Shown: one piece after another, positions 16,861-20,000 of the stretch
Layout: every line of letters starts with the position of its first letter
Position numbering within the stretch: position 1 is the first letter of the stretch
Assembly (NCBI GenBank): GCA_030167865.1
Contig: JALAGF010000414.1
Location: 44,374 to 64,373 of the forward strand
Direction: 5' to 3'
DNA from: Craspedostauros australis
Lineage: Eukaryota
Length of the DNA: 20,000 nucleotides
Translations under genes and position numbers: made by a program
Notes under the pieces: generated by a model
Told to the model about the DNA's origin: nothing
The model's database searches: none
What the model saw: the letters and a program-made list of their open reading frames with translations, nothing else

Positions 16861-19800
16861 AACAGATTCGTCCCAACAACACCATCCACCACAGAAACTG
16901 AACAACAACGCAATTGCATCCAGCACAGCAAGTCAACCAGGGCCACAGGTCAACCTTATCATTAACAACGACTCCATTGTGGCCGTCGAAGATATGCTCA
17001 GTGTGTGCTGAGCAGAATGACACTGCGTAGTTCAGTATCGACAGCATCGTCGACGACCATGAGACACCACCATCTCATGAACACACCGGCGGAGTCATCT
17101 ACCAAGCTACTCCACCAGCACCTACCGCAGCATTGTCAGCGGATGCAGCAACCATTGTCAACAATTTGTACCAACACACAAGGAATACAAGTATGGTTGA
17201 AGGGCAATGGTGGATCTGGAGCTGCATCTCCTTGCACTTCCACTGCAGGCCAAATTCTCATCCTACATGATGTCAATGGGCAAAGGGCAGTGACGAGCAG
17301 TCAGCAATGCACAACGAGCTGCGAATGGCATGCATCAGGGCAACAACAACCTCAACAACACTGGCATCACAGCGGCAAGGACAATGCTCAGTGAGTTGGT
17401 GCATTCAGAGCCTTGTGGATGGCTGAGCATTGAGCCTGTGGAATGAACATCACAGTAGTCTTCAGAAGTTGTATATTNGGCTGATGGTCAATAGCAGAGC
17501 ATCTGGCTGGAAGCAACTGATGGGCAGAGAGCACAGCATACAGTACAGATCTCATCAATGTATGTCGCAACAGACGGAGAGCACTACATCCCATCAAAAG
17601 CATGAAAGGCAACATCCGGCAAACACCAACACACATACTAATCACTGGCACCACACAGAATGAAGAGCGCAGACTGCTTCCTGAAGCAACCAACCGATGA
17701 GAAGACTGCATTCAGCAAGATCCAGGAATATTGTTATTGATCAACAAGTAGTAGGCAGTTTCCAGAAGAAGCAAAAGGGCTTCCAACCACAGCCAATGAA
17801 TTCCTACACGGCTCAATATCGAGAAGAGTATCTGGCTTCAACCAGGTACTAGTGGGTTAGTAGTGAGCACCACCACATGACATTTGGCAACCAGTAGTGA
17901 AGCAATGAAGNNCATTCAGAACGAGGAGCATCCAACCACAACCAAATCCACAGAGAAGATCCAACAGGAAGCAACCAGCAGCAGAAAAGGATCAAGCATC
18001 GAATACTCTGCAAAGTAATTGGAAACAATCAAGAAACTACAAATCCCCAACACCAGAGTACCCAACAAAGAGCATAGTACATGCAGCAAAGTATCTCAAA
18101 ACGATCAACAGATCACTCTGCATCATTTGGCAGAGAGCAGAGCCCACAGGTCACAGCTGCAGAGCCCACAGGGTACATAACAGAGAACACCTGACTGAGT
18201 TCTGTTGGCTGCAACCAACAAATCAGCAGAGTATTTGTTAACAATCACTTGTTCCAGTTTGATTTGTCATCACCTACATCAATGCCACTCATTGATCATT
18301 GTGCTCTAATTGATGTTGCTCCTCTGGCATCCCACGGAATGCTGTCTGATGCGGATGCGCGCCTGCACACACTACAGATTCTGCGTGGCTCAAATGTCAA
18401 ACAGCATGAGCATCGTACGATCTACAATTCCATCCACAAAATCCATTCCAAACTGTCGCCGCTCGCCGCTCCCAAACGCACGAACAAACCAACACAAACG
18501 AACGCAAATGAATGGGCAGACAAGTGATCACTCCGCACAACAAACAAAATCCACAATTCAGCAGCGCAAACCAACCAACAGACAAACGACCAAATCCATG
18601 AATGGCAGAACACACAGAATGGACAAACTGCTGCACCAATAGATGCCAACCAAACATACAATACCGCTCTTCGCATCCGAAGATCTTTTGCAGCAATGGT
18701 CAACTACTGTGCTCATCAGCCAGTCCCCCACAGCTGTCAATGCCATAAATGCCATCAACAACCAACCAAATCATCTTGCATGTCCAGCAAGAAATGGTGG
18801 AATGCATGGTACCATCAATGCATCGAAGCCATCATGCCATACCAAAGGATTCCCACCATGGCTAAATCACAAAGATCATCTGTGCCTGCGTTGTCCTCGA
18901 GAGTCCGTACCATTCCTCCCACACCACTGCCACTGTTGCACACATGAAAGGATTGTTTGAGAACATATTCGTGGGATGCATGGAGTGCGCAGGGTACCTA
19001 CTCGAGGAGCTCTGCAATGGCCATGCTGACAAGCAGTTCATGAAGAATGTTGCCAAGGACCCAGGCATCCTCGTCTGTGCCATCAGGTTGATTTGCGCCA
19101 ACCTGGATGCAGTTCTTGTCTTCTCATCCATCCAATCGTGGAGGCCATGCGCTTCCAGTACATGCGCTGGCTTGGACGTAAGTGTTGACTCACAACCGCA
19201 GTCGCAGCAACCCATCACCATCACTGTAGCAATTGCCCATCATGTGTTTGTGTGCTGCACTTCAAACACTTGCACACCAACACAATCACACCCATTCTCT
19301 CCTTTTCCTTTTCTCGTCATCCATACTTTTCATCCACTCCACATCATCCTGATGGGACCAAGTGCAATGCAATACACAATTGCAGGGCTTCCAGACAACC
19401 TCCAGTTCCTTGTCGCCACAGCCATGCAGCACACAACACACCGCACTCTTCACGCAGCACACAGTACACAGGCCTACTCGTAAGAACTACTTTGCCTCAA
19501 TCAACACCAACTTCTGTCCATATGCTGGCATCGACCCAACTGTCGCTACAATCATGCACAAGCCAGGCGTTGATACCACCATGAACCTCATCAATTTCGC
19601 CCACTTTGTGGGAGCATCCTTTCAGAACATGGAAGAGCCACCAGATGCAGCATTCCACATGCTGAGAGCAGAATGAAGGGAGCCACTCCCGAGTGCAAAG
19701 AGAATCAGCAGAAGAAGATCGCCATCGTCGCCATCGTCGCCTTCTCCTTCCCATCCTGCAAGATCAACGTTGATACTGCCACCTCCTTCAACACCTTCAG

Positions 19801-20000
19801 CGTGGCCAAGGCTATCCTGCAACAGCTCAAGAGCAAGGGATGCGATGTCAGTGGTGGCAACAGCATTGACAAAGCCACCAAGGAGGATATGCTGAAGGCC
19901 ATCCTGAAGGATATCATCAACAACATCATCAACACTCTGGAAGCAATGCTCTCCTTTCCAGAGCTCAATTTTCCCACCACAGGGATCCAGGCAAGTACTA
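16861..20000 (+). pseudogene. Degenerate CpG-poor sequence, probably TE-derived, with decayed coding fragments of unknown family
   Basis: CA/TG-rich and CG-poor by eye. Short broken frames include IICACVVLESPY...MKGLFENIFVGCMECAGYLLEEL...IRLICANLDAVLVF and VAKAILQQLKSKG...KEDMLKAILKDIINNIINTLEAML. A possible intron runs from gtaagt (19178) to tgcag (19385). Confidence 0.4.

Noticed and set aside
16772..16875. 15-bp direct repeat flanking the N run as a TSD or array
   Set aside because: It abuts the gap on both sides, typical of an unmerged contig overlap; it cannot be interpreted without reads.
18137..18172. Direct repeat gcagagcccacagg x2
   Set aside because: A short local duplication in degenerate sequence with no further copies seen.

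Overview
Eukaryotic nuclear DNA, most likely a diatom or other photosynthetic stramenopile. This is inferred from a GT-AG intron, a possible bipartite plastid-targeting signal and a CoDi-type Copia element. The left ~11.2 kb is genic and CpG-rich. It holds the 3' end of a probable SAM-dependent methyltransferase, a two-exon coatomer epsilon (COPE) gene, an intronless 1300-aa STAND/COG3899-like ATPase with a TPR-like tail, and a 691-aa minus-strand protein with four diverged helical repeats. Two identical initiator tRNA-Met genes follow in a diverged 195-bp tandem duplication; both carry an atypical A29:U41 anticodon-stem pair. The right ~8 kb is a decayed transposon island: a PIF/Harbinger transposase pseudogene cut off by an internally deleted Ty1/Copia element (chromo-like segment, RT C-terminus, RNase H), then CpG-poor degenerate sequence with an assembly gap. 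I cannot demonstrate a wholly new system from sequence alone. The best leads are the atypical tRNAi pair at the gene/TE border, the chromo-like segment in a Copia element, the effector-less STAND ATPase and the repeat protein.
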